A DNA stretch of 64,000 bases from Camelus ferus. Lineage: Eukaryota. Position 1 is the first letter of the stretch, and every line of letters begins with the position of its first letter. The notes under the pieces are model-generated. The model saw only the letters and a program-made list of their open reading frames with translations, was not told the origin of the DNA and did not search any database. This document shows, piece after piece, positions 50,480 to 61,856 of the stretch. Both the position numbers and the translations under genes were made by a program. The stretch is from assembly GCF_009834535.1 (NCBI RefSeq), contig NC_045697.1:30258001-30322000 (forward strand), in the 5' to 3' direction.

Positions 50480-51290
50480 TGTCCTAATAGTCAGCTTCCT
50501 CTCCCCAAGCCCCTCAGATTTTATTATCAATTCACTGCTCTTCTAACTCCTCCTTAGCTAGTTTGTCTCTAGATCTTAGAAGACCTTCCCTCTCCAGCAC
50601 ACCCATACCTAGTCAGTCATCAAATCTTGGATGGCTTCTCCAAGTCATCTTTCCTCTTCTCTTCCCCACAACATTGCCTCGGTTCAGAATCTCATCACTT
50701 CTCTCCTGTGTACACGCAACGGCTTCCCTATCAAGGCCCCAGCTTTTGATTTGCCCCTCTGGTCATCTTCTGTCCTGTTTCCAAAGTGATCCTTTTAAAT
50801 CCCATGATGTCACACTTCTTAAAACTGTACCATGGTTCCCTGGATTCCACCGTCAAGTTCAGATCCAATCCTGAGCACACCTGCCAGCCTCTCTGGCCCA
50901 GACCTTTCACAATCCCTGCCACCCCCTTCTCTCCCCTCCCCACCTTCATTCTGGTCAAACTGAACTAGTCCTCTATCCTGTTGCTTCATGCACTTTCTGT
51001 TGCTGTCTGGAATCCCTTCCTCCATTTAGCCAACTTCTTGTCCTTCAAAACTTTAGGGCCAGAATTACCTTTTCCTGGACCCTTCCCAGACCCCCACTGA
51101 CTTAGAGCCCTTCCTAGTGCTCCCTGGGATTAACTCAGTCTCTGTCCACATTACACAATCAGTGTGTTGTGATTTCGGTTCACTTGTCTGTCTCTCCTGC
51201 AGTCTGTGCCACAGTCATCTTTCTATCTTCCTTGCCAAGCATGGGTCCTGTCACAGCAGGACTCATTTAGTGCTGTTGAAAGAATTAATT
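50480..51290 (+). mobile_element. Degraded LINE-2 3' region abutting the TMEM33 promoter
   Basis: C/T-rich L2-like tracts (TCATCACTTCTCTCCTG, AGTGATCCTTTTAAA, GATGTCACACTTCTTAAAAC) ending in TGTTGAAAGAATTAAT. Confidence 0.65.
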
Positions 51291-51429
51291 TTAGGAGTAG
51301 CACCACAGGGCTTCGTGAGCCCCTCGAAGAAAACAGCCAGGACTATGTTTCTGAGGCTTCTATATTAGGAAGGAGACTTCGCTGTTTGGACCGGGGCAGG
51401 CTAGACCATCCTTCAGCTAATGAGGAGAG

Positions 51430-52450
51430 AAAAGCTACTTCGCCCGCCTCGCTTTTTAACTTACCGATGAGCCGATGGGCGTGCACGACGAGTGAAGCCG
51501 AACCCAGAAAAACGACACTTCCCGTCATGCCTCAGGGCACCGCTCCGGGTTTCCCCGCTACGCCACCGCCTCTTCCCCACGGAAGTGAAGCGAGCACTTC
51601 CGGGTTCGGCAACTACCCGGAGCCGGCGGTGTTAGGTCGTCCCTACTGGGCCTTGTTCCGAAGCTCCGCCTTCGCTCTGGTCTTTCGAGAAACCCAGCTT
51701 TGCTCTTGGACGTGCCAGACAGGTATTTCCTGGCCACTGCGGGTGCCCGTGGGACAGTCCGCTGCACTGAAGCGGCGAGACCTTTGCTCTGTGGAGGCCC
51801 GGAGCCCCCGCAGGGCGGGGCGGGCTTCGGCACTAGGCAGAGAAGTCGGTTCCCGGATTCGGGGCCCCGGTGCTGACCTCCTTTCTTTTTCCGATTGCAG
51901 CGTCCCAGACGCGTGTGTGAGCCCACCACCCCACCATGGCGGATACGGCTCCGAACGGCCCCCAAGGGGCGGGCGCAGTGGTAAGTGAGAGGGCAGGGTC
52001 GTTTGGCTTGACTTGGAAGTTAGGAAGGAGCAGGAAGTGTTGCAGGTCGGGTCCGAGGCGTTCTAGAAGCTCAGTGCTTTCAGGACTGGGATTAGGGATT
52101 GGGGTGGGGGTGGGGAAAGGGCCGATCGTGTGCTAAGACGTTAGAGGGAGCTAAAAGTTTGTTTCCAAAGCCACAACTGGCCGGCTTGGAGCAGGCGGCC
52201 CTCACCTATATGCCCACCTGTGTGCGGTGGAAATTGGGCCTTCTTGTCCCTTCCCACTACTCTGTCTCTGGCTTGGGTCCTAAGGTAGAAGATGCCACTT
52301 GAGTATGTCTCGTCACATGCGCCTCATTCCACGCAAGCCTCATTACGCACACGCGTGCTGGAAGAGAACCGTTCTGCCCGTTTTGTGCTATTAGAAATTA
52401 TGCGAAAGGAGGAGAGCGTCTCCCCGCCCCGTTACTAAATTTACGAAGAA
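51430..52450 (+). promoter_or_regulatory. TMEM33 CpG-island promoter, TATA-less housekeeping type
   Basis: High CpG density around exon 1; ETS/GABPA-type cores CGGAAGTG (~51580) and CACTTCCGG (~51596); GC boxes GGGCGGGGCGGG (~51813). Confidence 0.88.
51936..51980 (+). CDS. TMEM33: TMEM33 coding exon 1 (MADTAPNGPQGAGAV); ER/nuclear-envelope membrane protein of the Pom33/Per33/Tts1 family
   Basis: Strong Kozak CCACCATGG; peptide matches the recalled TMEM33 N-terminus; followed by donor GTG|GTAAGT at 51981; 45 nt. Confidence 0.97.
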
Positions 52451-52599
52451 AACAAGTATTACGCTTTTTTAAATTCTTTATTCTTAAGATGCAGATCTGT
52501 TGCTTACTAGTTATTTGTTCCAGAAGCATAATTGCTCTCTAATTTTAAATACTGTAAGTATGTGAATTGAGTGAGTCACTTTTTTCTTTTTCTTTCCTT

Positions 52600-53290
52600 T
52601 ATTTTTCTGAGCCATTTTAGAGTCGTATGCATCATGATGATTATTAACCCATAAGTACTTAACTATTCTTTTACATGACCACAATGCAGTTATTGCAGCA
52701 ATTTTTGCAGTTAAAGTTGGGAAATTTAACATTGATACATGTTATTACCTACTATACAGTTCATATTCAAATTATGTCAATTGTCCCTTAAAGCTGCTTC
52801 CTCCTTATCCAGATTCAATCAAAAAGTGTACACTGCGTTTACTGGCCTCTGGTCCCTTTTAGTCTAGAACAATTCCCTTGCCCTCGTCCTCCCATTTTTA
52901 TCTTTCAGAATCCAGGCCTGATGCTCCTCAAATTGGAGTTGTTTGATTTTTTTTTTTTTTCCCCTTGATAACTAGATTCAGGTTAAACATTTTGGTAGAA
53001 ATATTACAAAAGTAACACTCTGTTCATCTCAGTGCATTATTTTTATTAGGAAGCATTTTATGTTGGTTTATCCCATCATTGGAGATATTGTTTGACCATT
53101 TGGTTAAGATGGTGTCCACCAGATTTCTCCATTATTAAGATAACTTTTTTCTCTTTGTAAATAAAAAGTATTCTATGGCATGATACTTTGAGACTGTGTG
53201 AATAATTTTTCACCTCGGTAGTTTTTTCACCCCAAGATCCATTAATATTTTTTGCCTGAGCTATTTATAACATGGTTAGTCAGTTCACTG
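52600..53290 (-). mobile_element. Old L1M (L1MC-like) fragment in TMEM33 intron 1
   Basis: TTTACATGACCACAATGCAGTT...GGAAATTTAACATTGATAC...AGATTCAGGTTAAACATTTT. Confidence 0.6.
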
Positions 53291-54748
53291 TTAAAATGTA
53301 AACCAATACACTTTTTTAAACCTTTTTTATTGTGTAATAGAGTATACACGCATAAAAGTGTAGAAAATGAAATGCAGAGCTCACTGATTTATCACAAAAT
53401 GAACACCTTAAACAAACGGGTTTTAAAGAAAATGCTCTAAAATTAAATTGCAGACTGTCATGCAGTCTGAATATTTGTAGAGAAACTGAGCATGGAAAGC
53501 TATATCATCCTTCCACTTGACTACCACGGATCATTTAAATTTAGAAGAGTCACAGCGTAATAGGTTGGGATAGAATAAACCAGAGGCATATATCTGAAAT
53601 TACCTGCATATTATTAGAAAGCATACGATAAAATTAAATTTTAAAATTCTTGGTTTTCTAAATATACTTGCATTTTTTCCCCAGAAGTTTTTTTATGTCT
53701 TCTTTAAAAAGATAATTAAGTTATATTGCCTTGAGTAGTGTCTTAGACTCCAGGTTAAGACCTGTTAGTGAGTTTTAAAATCACTTTAGTGGAAACACTA
53801 AGTATTTCTAAAACATTAAATGGAATACAAAATACCAAAATCCATCACATGTAGTGAATATAACTATTGTTTTGTGAAAATTTTGTTTATATACCCACAC
53901 ATGTCTGTATTGGGTCTTGAGGTAAAAATTGTCTATGTAGATTCTATCAAAAAATGATATAAATGCCACTTTAGAATTTGAATATGATACATTGTGAATG
54001 AGAAAACAGATTTTAAGTTATTAGTGATGATGGACATATCTGTTGGTAAAATGCAGTGAAAGAAAAGACAGAATGAGGAGAAGAAAGTGATATATGGAAG
54101 TTTAATCTAGGGCCACAGAAACCAGGGTAAGTCTTATGAGGGAGCTTCAAGAGGATGAAAAAGTCATAAAATGAGAGGTAGGTGCCATTAACACCTGGCA
54201 GCCATATTTTGACCCTCTACAGTATGCCAGGCCCTTGTGTCTAAGTTGGCAAATCATCCATAAGCTAATGAGTTCAATGGTGACTGTTACCATGGTTTTA
54301 CATTTCTCGTTTGTAAGGCTGATTTAATCCAAACTGGCTTTGTGTGATGCCTTTTTACTCAGATCTGAGACTTGCCTGTTTGAATTTGAGATTTTTCTAA
54401 GAATAAGAATTATGGTCCTCTTGAGAGCAATTAGTTCCTATTTAATGTTCTTTTAAGTAGATGAAGCCAGTATTGCAAATGCTGAAGGAATAGACAATGG
54501 TAGTTAAGTTTATGTTCAAATTTTCCTTGCCTAATAAGTTTTTAAATTTTTTAAGATGTCAGCTGGTATTTTTCTATAAGTACTTTCTGTGCTTTCCACG
54601 TCGAAACTGTAAGGAGTTTGGCCTAGTTACTGAGCACATACATGAAACAATGTCCCTAACAGTTTTCATGTAATGATCTTAAAAAAAAACAATTGCAAGA
54701 GGGACATTAAGCCATTTTTGAGTAAGAATAAAACTATGTAGTATTCAT

Positions 54749-54829
54749 CCTTAAAAACATAATTTGCAAGCTTAATTTACTACAATATTTTTTTTAGCCT
54801 TAAAAACATAATTTGCAAGCTTAATTTAC
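54749..54829 (+). repeat. Tandem duplication (49 bp period) just upstream of TMEM33 exon 2
   Basis: CCTTAAAAACATAATTTGCAAGCTTAATTTAC identical at 54749-54780 and 54798-54829. Confidence 0.95.
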
Positions 54830-54855
54830 AACAGTATTTTTCTTTTTAAATTCAG

Positions 54856-54950
54856 CAATTCATGATGACCAATAAGTTGGACACAGCAATGTGGCTTTCT
54901 CGCTTATTCACAGTTTACTGCTCTGCTTTGTTCGTTCTGCCTCTTCTTGG
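54856..54950 (+). CDS. TMEM33: TMEM33 coding exon 2 (QFMMTNKLDTAMWLSRLFTVYCSALFVLPLLG)
   Basis: Acceptor TTTTTAAATTCAG, donor TGG|GTATGT; 95 nt; in frame with exon 1. Confidence 0.97.
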
Positions 54951-55499
54951 GTATGTATTATATGTGTTTCTGCCTTTGAGATTCACTCGTTTTAGTCAGT
55001 TTTTATGGAATACTTTTAGGTGTCAGACTTGTTAAACTGCAGGAGGTGCAGGGAGAAATATAACACAACTCTCATCCTTTAGGCACTAATATCCTAGTAA
55101 TATTACCAACTGGAAGTAATATTTTATATCATGTGCTTTGTGAAAAGTAACATCACATTGAAAATCTGAAAGAAAATGGATGTAGGGATGAGATGAGTTC
55201 ATGTTCTTTTGCATTTTTGACTGTTTAAAAGGAAAAATCACTGCTCTATAAAATTCAGTTGGGTATTCTACATCAACTATACTTAAGTAAATCTAAATAA
55301 ATAAATAGATAAATAAAAATTGTTGGATATATATAAATAAAGGGATGCTTCTAAAAACGTACAGTTGAGTCAAGTAATTTTTTTTCTGTTGACAAGTAAT
55401 AGATTTAGGTGTTGTGCAGTTATGATGCAATTCACAAAGGAGGAAGAGGCATGGTATTTGTTTGTGTCTCATGATAACCTCTCCCCTGGTAATTTGCAG

Positions 55500-55687
55500 G
55501 TTGCACGAAGCAGCAAGCTTTTACCAGCGTGCTTTGCTGGCAAATGCTCTGACTAGCGCTCTGAGGCTGCACCAGAGACTGCCGCACTTCCAGTTAAGCA
55601 GAGCGTTCCTGGCCCAGGCTTTGCTAGAGGACAGCTGCCACTACCTGTTGTATTCACTCATCTTTGTCAATTCCTACCCTGTTACAA
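55500..55687 (+). CDS. TMEM33: TMEM33 coding exon 3 (LHEAASFYQRALLANALTSALRLHQRLPHFQLSRAFLAQALLEDSCHYLLYSLIFVNSYPVT)
   Basis: Acceptor TTTGCAG; lies within ORF 55462..55728; ends at U12-type donor GTATCCTTT; 188 nt; phases compatible with exons 2 and 4. Confidence 0.97.
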
Positions 55688-58600
55688 GTATCCTTTTGTA
55701 CCTTTTTAACAGTGAAATTGCCTCCTGAGTATATAGGAGATCTCTTCTGATTATTTTTTTTGATAAAGGAAGGATTCGGCAATGAGGGTGTTTCACAAAG
55801 CCTGGGTTGGTTGGTTTGTTCGCAGCTTCATTTGAATGCAGATACATTCAGTATAAGAATTTCTGACTCTAAAATGTGAAGTCTAAATTTTGAAGAGCTA
55901 ACTTGGGAATTTTAAACTTTGGAACTTTGTTCTTGCCTCTCGTAAGCTTCTCTATTAGCAATGGATATTTTAAAATTCAGCTTCAAAGGATAAGCCTACG
56001 GAGGACTTATTTTAATATTTATTTTTCTTTTATTTAATTTACATCTTCTTTGGGAAAATGCCCAGATGTCTTGCTTTAAAAAAAGAGAAATCCAATCCTC
56101 AGCTCTTTCTTTTAACTCCCAGTAAGCTAGAAACATGGAAATTCAAGAAATAACTTATTTATGCAAAGAGTGAGATAATTAATCAGTAAAATAAAAAGAA
56201 ATTAGTACTTGTTATGGATAGAGTAGAAAATAAGGGCAAATAGATACTCTCTGGAGTTAATGAGAATTAACTCATTTGAAATTTGTTTACACATTTCAAA
56301 ACTATGTTGTGGGATGATAATAAATATTCTTAAAAAGGAAGAGAAGGGATTTTGCAATTTAGTGTGTTTGGGAAGCACTAGGTTAAACATTGTTAGGTTT
56401 CTTTACTAAAGACCTTTGATATGGTAGTGTGCGTTGTGAGACAGAGTTAGCAGTGTTTCCTAAATGTAATCATTTTAATCTGTTCTCCACCCTCACCCCC
56501 CACATGAATCATCCCTCAGGATAGTATTTTCAGAAGTGTGGCTCCTAAGTGTTCTTGAATGTTTATTATGCAACTGTACATAATGGAAAGCACAATAAAA
56601 TATGTCTCTAACACTATTTAGATAGTATTTTCTATGTTCATGAAGTATCAAATTTAAAGTTTTTTATCAAATTTTTTGAGCACCTGTTTTGCCAGTGTAT
56701 ACAAACTTGACATATTTAGTCCTTGAAACACTCTGAAAAAAATTATCATGAGCATTATATTGATAAGGAGGCTCAAAGAGTTTGAAATAACTTGTCTGAC
56801 ATCACATTAGCAAGTAAGTAGTAATGCTGACAAGGTCTATCTGACTTAAAAGGTCTGCCTAATCTACGATTATTGAGTGAGTAGCACTTAAGTGTAGTTT
56901 TAAAATGTTTCTGTCTATACCTGGACAGAAGCTGGTAGCTCAACTTACGTAGTACATGGAGAGTCTGTTTAAATTTGTGGTTTACAATGTAAGGAATAGT
57001 TTTGCAAGTTCCAGTGCATGCTTGGGTCTGTAATGCTCCATCATAATTTGTATTTGTTAATTTTTGGGTAAAAGTCACTGATAATTGTTGTACTACAGCG
57101 GTAAATGATATAATCACATTTGTTTGGCATATCATTGGATTGACCTGGTTTGGTCAGCTATGCCCTTTGAGGTCCTTTACAATTACCAATGTTAAAATTC
57201 TTACTTTTCTGAGATATAATGGGAAATTACATAGAGGTTCTTGTTTCTGCTCTTAGTAGCTTAAAATTTCTTTAAATAGAAATGATAGAAAATGTGTTTT
57301 CTAGATAATTAATGTAGAACAAATTGAATACATCAGTACTGACCTCTGGCACAGTTTTATTGAGTGAATCCTGAGATGGTGCCAAATGACTCATGACAGT
57401 GAAGACAGGCTCTCTGCATTTTCTATCCAATTAGTTTTTTGCTAGCCCATCTTTAGGGAATGTTGAAGATTAAGGATTTCATGTTTAAGTTCTTACAGGG
57501 AGGGGGTGTGGGAGTAATCAGTGGGAATAACATTAACTGTTAATTGGCAAGAAATACTAATCTGATTCCTAAGTGGTTGCGTATTATGTTAATATACTTA
57601 AGCCCAAAGGCATGTTCTGATCTTTGCTCTTACAAAAGTGATATATTGTCCTTGTTCTATTGTAGAATTTTCACCCTTATATTTCCTAGTTTTAAAGTAA
57701 TAGTAAATCCTAAATTATGAATCTCTTATCAAGAATTTATGAACTATAGAATGTTAGAGATGTGAGACTCATTAGAAATCCTCAGCTTTGATTGCTGCAA
57801 ATTCATTTGACAGAAGATGGAACTGGACCTAGAGAAATGAAGTTAGTGACAGAGCCAAGAGCGGGACCCAGATATCTTGACTCTGAATTCAGGATTCTGT
57901 TTTTATTACCTGACATTGCTTCTGTATTGAATCAGGCTTCAAGACAGGATATGTGTCAAAGTTTAAATTGAGTTTTTTAAGAAGCAGCAGAGTTTTATAG
58001 TGGCCTTAGAGAAGAGAGGGTTGTAGCTTTCATCAGTTTCAAAAGTATGATTCATTAAAAACTGTGAAACTTTTATATGGGTGTGTATGTGTGTATATAT
58101 ATATGATCTCTACTCAGGAAATTGGTATTTTACTTAATTCTTATGAGTGGCAGGGAAGAATTGGTCAGGATATTAGTTTGGAGAACTTTTATGTTAGAGA
58201 GTTAGGATTCTTACAATACTTGGCTATAGGTCAGTGTTTACTTGCCAGTTGGAAATTAGGAATCCTAAATGATAAGTTATGGTCATAATGAATTTGATAC
58301 TCAGATTGTGTTGTAGTGGTCACCATTTCCCTCACATCAAGCTTTCAGTTGATGTAGAAAAATATAATGGTTTCTTTCTTAGAAATTGCTACTATTTCTG
58401 GGGCAAATGCTTTTGCCATCCATGATTAACTGTCTTATCATTTCATGAAAATAACCTGGACAAGTGAGATTTTTTTGTTGTCAACTTAGCAGAAATTGGG
58501 GTAGAGTCTTTTGAGCAATTTCCATTTTTCAAAAAGCTGAATGAAATTGTGTATTTTTATTATCCATGACATAAGCCAAACAGTAGAACTTAAATATTAA

Positions 58601-59157
58601 GGATTCTTTGCTTATGTCTGTAATTAAACTGATAAAAGACTCTCAATTGACTATATACAAAACCAGATACATACTTTTTTATTTGTACAAATTGAGAACA
58701 CATTAACTGTAAAAGCTTGATAGGAACAGTATCTCAAAAAAATGGGGTCCTTGTAGGAAAGAAATAATGAGAGATATTTGAGGAAAATTTGGGAACTACT
58801 CTTTCAACCATCATCCTATACTCTTTCCTAAGCAACGGAGCTGATGAAAGCAGTACAAAAGACTATCTTGGTATTTGAAGGCTAAATTATTCTGTCCGAG
58901 ATGACCATTGTGGGGTTAAAAGCTGTTCTACTTAATGCTTCCAGGTGGCCTAGATTTCAATTTCATTTAACAAATGTTTCAAATATTTTATATTCTTATC
59001 CAGTAAACTTTATTTTATAAAGTGTATCAGTAAAACAAAAGCCACTGAACTCATTTCAACAGATACCATTTCAGATTTGTATGGCTGGACATAATCATAG
59101 CCTATTTTGCAAAGTGCTTGGTGAATTTTAAATGTTTTCCTTAATTGTTTTCTTCAG
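55688..59157 (+). other. U12-type (minor spliceosome) GT-AG intron of TMEM33
   Basis: 5' end GTATCCTTT matches the U12 consensus RTATCCTTT; branch sequence TTCCTTAAT at 59137-59145, ending 12 nt before the intron end. Confidence 0.92.
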
Positions 59158-59225
59158 TGAGTATTTTCCCAGTCTTGTTATTCTCTTTGCTTCATGCTGC
59201 TACATACACCAAAAAGATCCTTGAT
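59158..59225 (+). CDS. TMEM33: TMEM33 coding exon 4 (MSIFPVLLFSLLHAATYTKKILD; ATG split A|TG across the intron)
   Basis: Acceptor TTCTTCAG preceded by TTCCTTAAT; donor GAT|GTAAGT; 68 nt. Confidence 0.96.
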
Positions 59226-60145
59226 GTAAGTAGAACTATTCTGATTTTTGGTTTTGTTTTTGACTCCTGGATTTACAGATAGTTGACACAAATTTGAGTT
59301 CTAAGACATTTGGGCATTTGTCACAAAAAGTTCCTGTATTACTTACAAACTTATTCTAGTAATTTGAATGTTTTAGAATTTTTTATTGTTTAACTTTCAG
59401 TAAAATAGTACATTTTTAAGATAAGAGATTGTATTTAAAATTATCCCCCAGTTCCTGAAGAAATTTCTGAAGTTTGAAATAGATCTCATTATTTAAAAAA
59501 AAAAAAGTCATACCTATTGAGTTTGGTAAGTTGTCAGAGATCTCTTGTTCCGTCAGTAATTTTAACATACCAGGTAAGTAGAGTGTGCCGAATTTCTTTT
59601 ACACTAATGTTCAGAATTGCTACTTTCCTAAAATTTTTTATTTCTGGATCATTGGATCATTAAGCCTAACTTCAGTGTGCAGGCAGATTGACTATATATG
59701 CACTGAAATTTGAATTAAAATATCCAAAATTTGGTCCCTTTTTCGTTATCCCTATAGCTCTTGGGTCACAGTAATTGGACTCCTTAATTTCTACCTTTAA
59801 TTAACTAAGGAATTGCAAATACTTTAACTGTATTTATGGGTACCCAGATTTTGTTGCATTTGAAGAGAAATAACCACAATTTTTTGTGAAATAATCTATA
59901 ATCTTTCATAAGAAAAACAACATCTATGAATGAAAGGGCCTTTTATTAAAGTTGTTTCCTTTTTTAACTCTTCAAATACAGAAAATAGACTATAGCAGGA
60001 AAATACATTAACTTTTGTCCATAAATAGTTTGTAAATTTTTATGTCATTGTATTCAAATAATTATCTTTTGGTTGTATTGTGTATTGTATATGCTGTTTA
60101 TCTAAAGAAAGAAAATAACTGAGTGATCAAAAATGCTGTTACTTC

Positions 60146-60271
60146 TTTTTTTTTTTGGAGGTGAGAGATAGTTTTTTTTGTTTGTTTGTTTTTAATGGAC
60201 GTGCTGGGGATTGAACCCAGACCTCATACATGCTAAGCAAGCACTCTACCACTGAGCTATACCCTTCCCCC
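60146..60271 (-). mobile_element. tRNA-derived SINE in the TMEM33 intron upstream of coding exon 5
   Basis: Reverse head CTCTACCACTGAGCTATACCC; flanking repeat AAATGCT(AT)GTTACTTCT. Confidence 0.9.
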
Positions 60272-60315
60272 AGAAATGCTATGTTACTTCTAATGTTTGT
60301 TTTCTTATGTTTTAG

Positions 60316-60449
60316 GCAAAAGGTTCTAATAGCTTACCTCTGCTGAGATCCATCTTGGATAAATTAAGCGCTAATCAACAGAATATTCTGAAATTCATTG
60401 CTTGTAATGAAATATTCTTGATGCCTGCTACAGTTTTTATGCTTTTTAG
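60316..60449 (+). CDS. TMEM33: TMEM33 coding exon 5 (AKGSNSLPLLRSILDKLSANQQNILKFIACNEIFLMPATVFMLFS); remaining exons not seen before the window end
   Basis: Acceptor TGTTTTAG, donor TAG|GTAAGA; 134 nt; open frame continuing from exon 4. Confidence 0.96.
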
Positions 60450-61705
60450 GTAAGAATAAAGTAAAATACATTTGTTGTAGGAGGCTGATGTCTAAGCGAA
60501 CGTAATAAATGTATAAAGTCACATTTTGAGCTGCTTGAATCTGCTGAATAGATACTGTAAGCAGAGCTGAATGGATTTAGAGTCATCTTTTCACGTGATA
60601 GTAGAGAGCCTGAGATGTTATATTAAACCTAGGAATTTGTCTTACTTACCATTCCTTGTGATTTATCATTGAACATTTTGAAAATTGACTTCAGAATAAC
60701 TGCCTTTGAAACAATCTTGGAAAGGCTAGTTTAGTCCATTCTGACATTGTTGAATTGATTTTTCCCATACTAGAGAAAATTCTGAAAAATTAGGGTCTGG
60801 TATTAATAGTTGCTTGCCACCACCTCCATATTTTGTTTGTATCTTAATTATAGAAGGAATGCATGAATAAAGAAAGCCTTCCTTTTAAAAATTAGAACAT
60901 TAGGATAGTATTGCCCTCTCCATCTATGTTCTTGCATTTAAGTTTTAAAACTACATTTCTGTCCAGATTATTGTTTTTGAGTTTTCAGTTTCTCAAGTAA
61001 TAGGACATTATAGATAAAAGCTGAAGTATCACTTGACTAAGAATCCTAGTTGCAATTCTGTCCTCTCCTTCCCAGAGGCAAGGAGGTTGATACGTGTACA
61101 TGTATGTCATTCTTTTAAAAATACTTACTAAGATAGGTAGAAAATATATATTATTATTTTATGGGTATGGGGCTTTGTTTAGTTTTTACATCAGAAGCAT
61201 CATAATACATCAATTGTCTGCATCTTGCTTTTTTCATTTATACAGTATGTTTTTGTAGTTTATTTATATTGACATTCACAGTTCTGGCTGTATAGTGTTC
61301 CATTATATTAGTATACTATATTTTATTACCCATTCCCCTATTGACGGCCATTTGTTTCCAGCTTTTTACTTTTCCAAATGTTGCTGTAGGAAATTTTTTT
61401 TTTTTTTTTTTTACTTGTCTATACTTTTGTATTAGTCTGTACTTTTGCTGAGTCTAAGATAAATGCATTTTTATATTTAATAAAACATGCCAAATTGGCC
61501 TTTAATATGTCTGAATTACCTGTTTTCCATAATCTCATTAATTTGTAATAAATTTATTTTTGTCTTTGAAATATTTCATTTTAATGTTCGTTGCCTTGGT
61601 TAACTAGTGAGGTTTTTAACCTGACAGTTACTCCTTTCTTTAGGAGTCTTTAAGCTAGTAATAGTTTCCTCTAGATTTCCTCATAAATGTACCTATATCA
61701 TTCTT

Positions 61706-61856
61706 TGTTTTTTAATGTTAATTTAATTTTTTTATTGAAGTATAGTCAGTTACAGTGTGTCAATCTCTGGTGTATATATTCATACATCAGAGTCATACAT
61801 ATACATACATATATTTGTTTCCATATTCTTATTCTTTTTCATTAAAGGTAATTAGG
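61706..61856 (-). mobile_element. Short LINE-1 3' end in TMEM33 intron 5
   Basis: TTTTATTGAAGTATAGTCAGTTAC; target-site duplication TATCATTCTT. Confidence 0.8.

Noticed and set aside
51206..51988. 260 aa ORF overlapping the TMEM33 promoter and start
   Set aside because: Starts in L2-like sequence at a non-ATG codon, runs through GC-rich stop-poor DNA out of frame with TMEM33, and resembles no protein I know.
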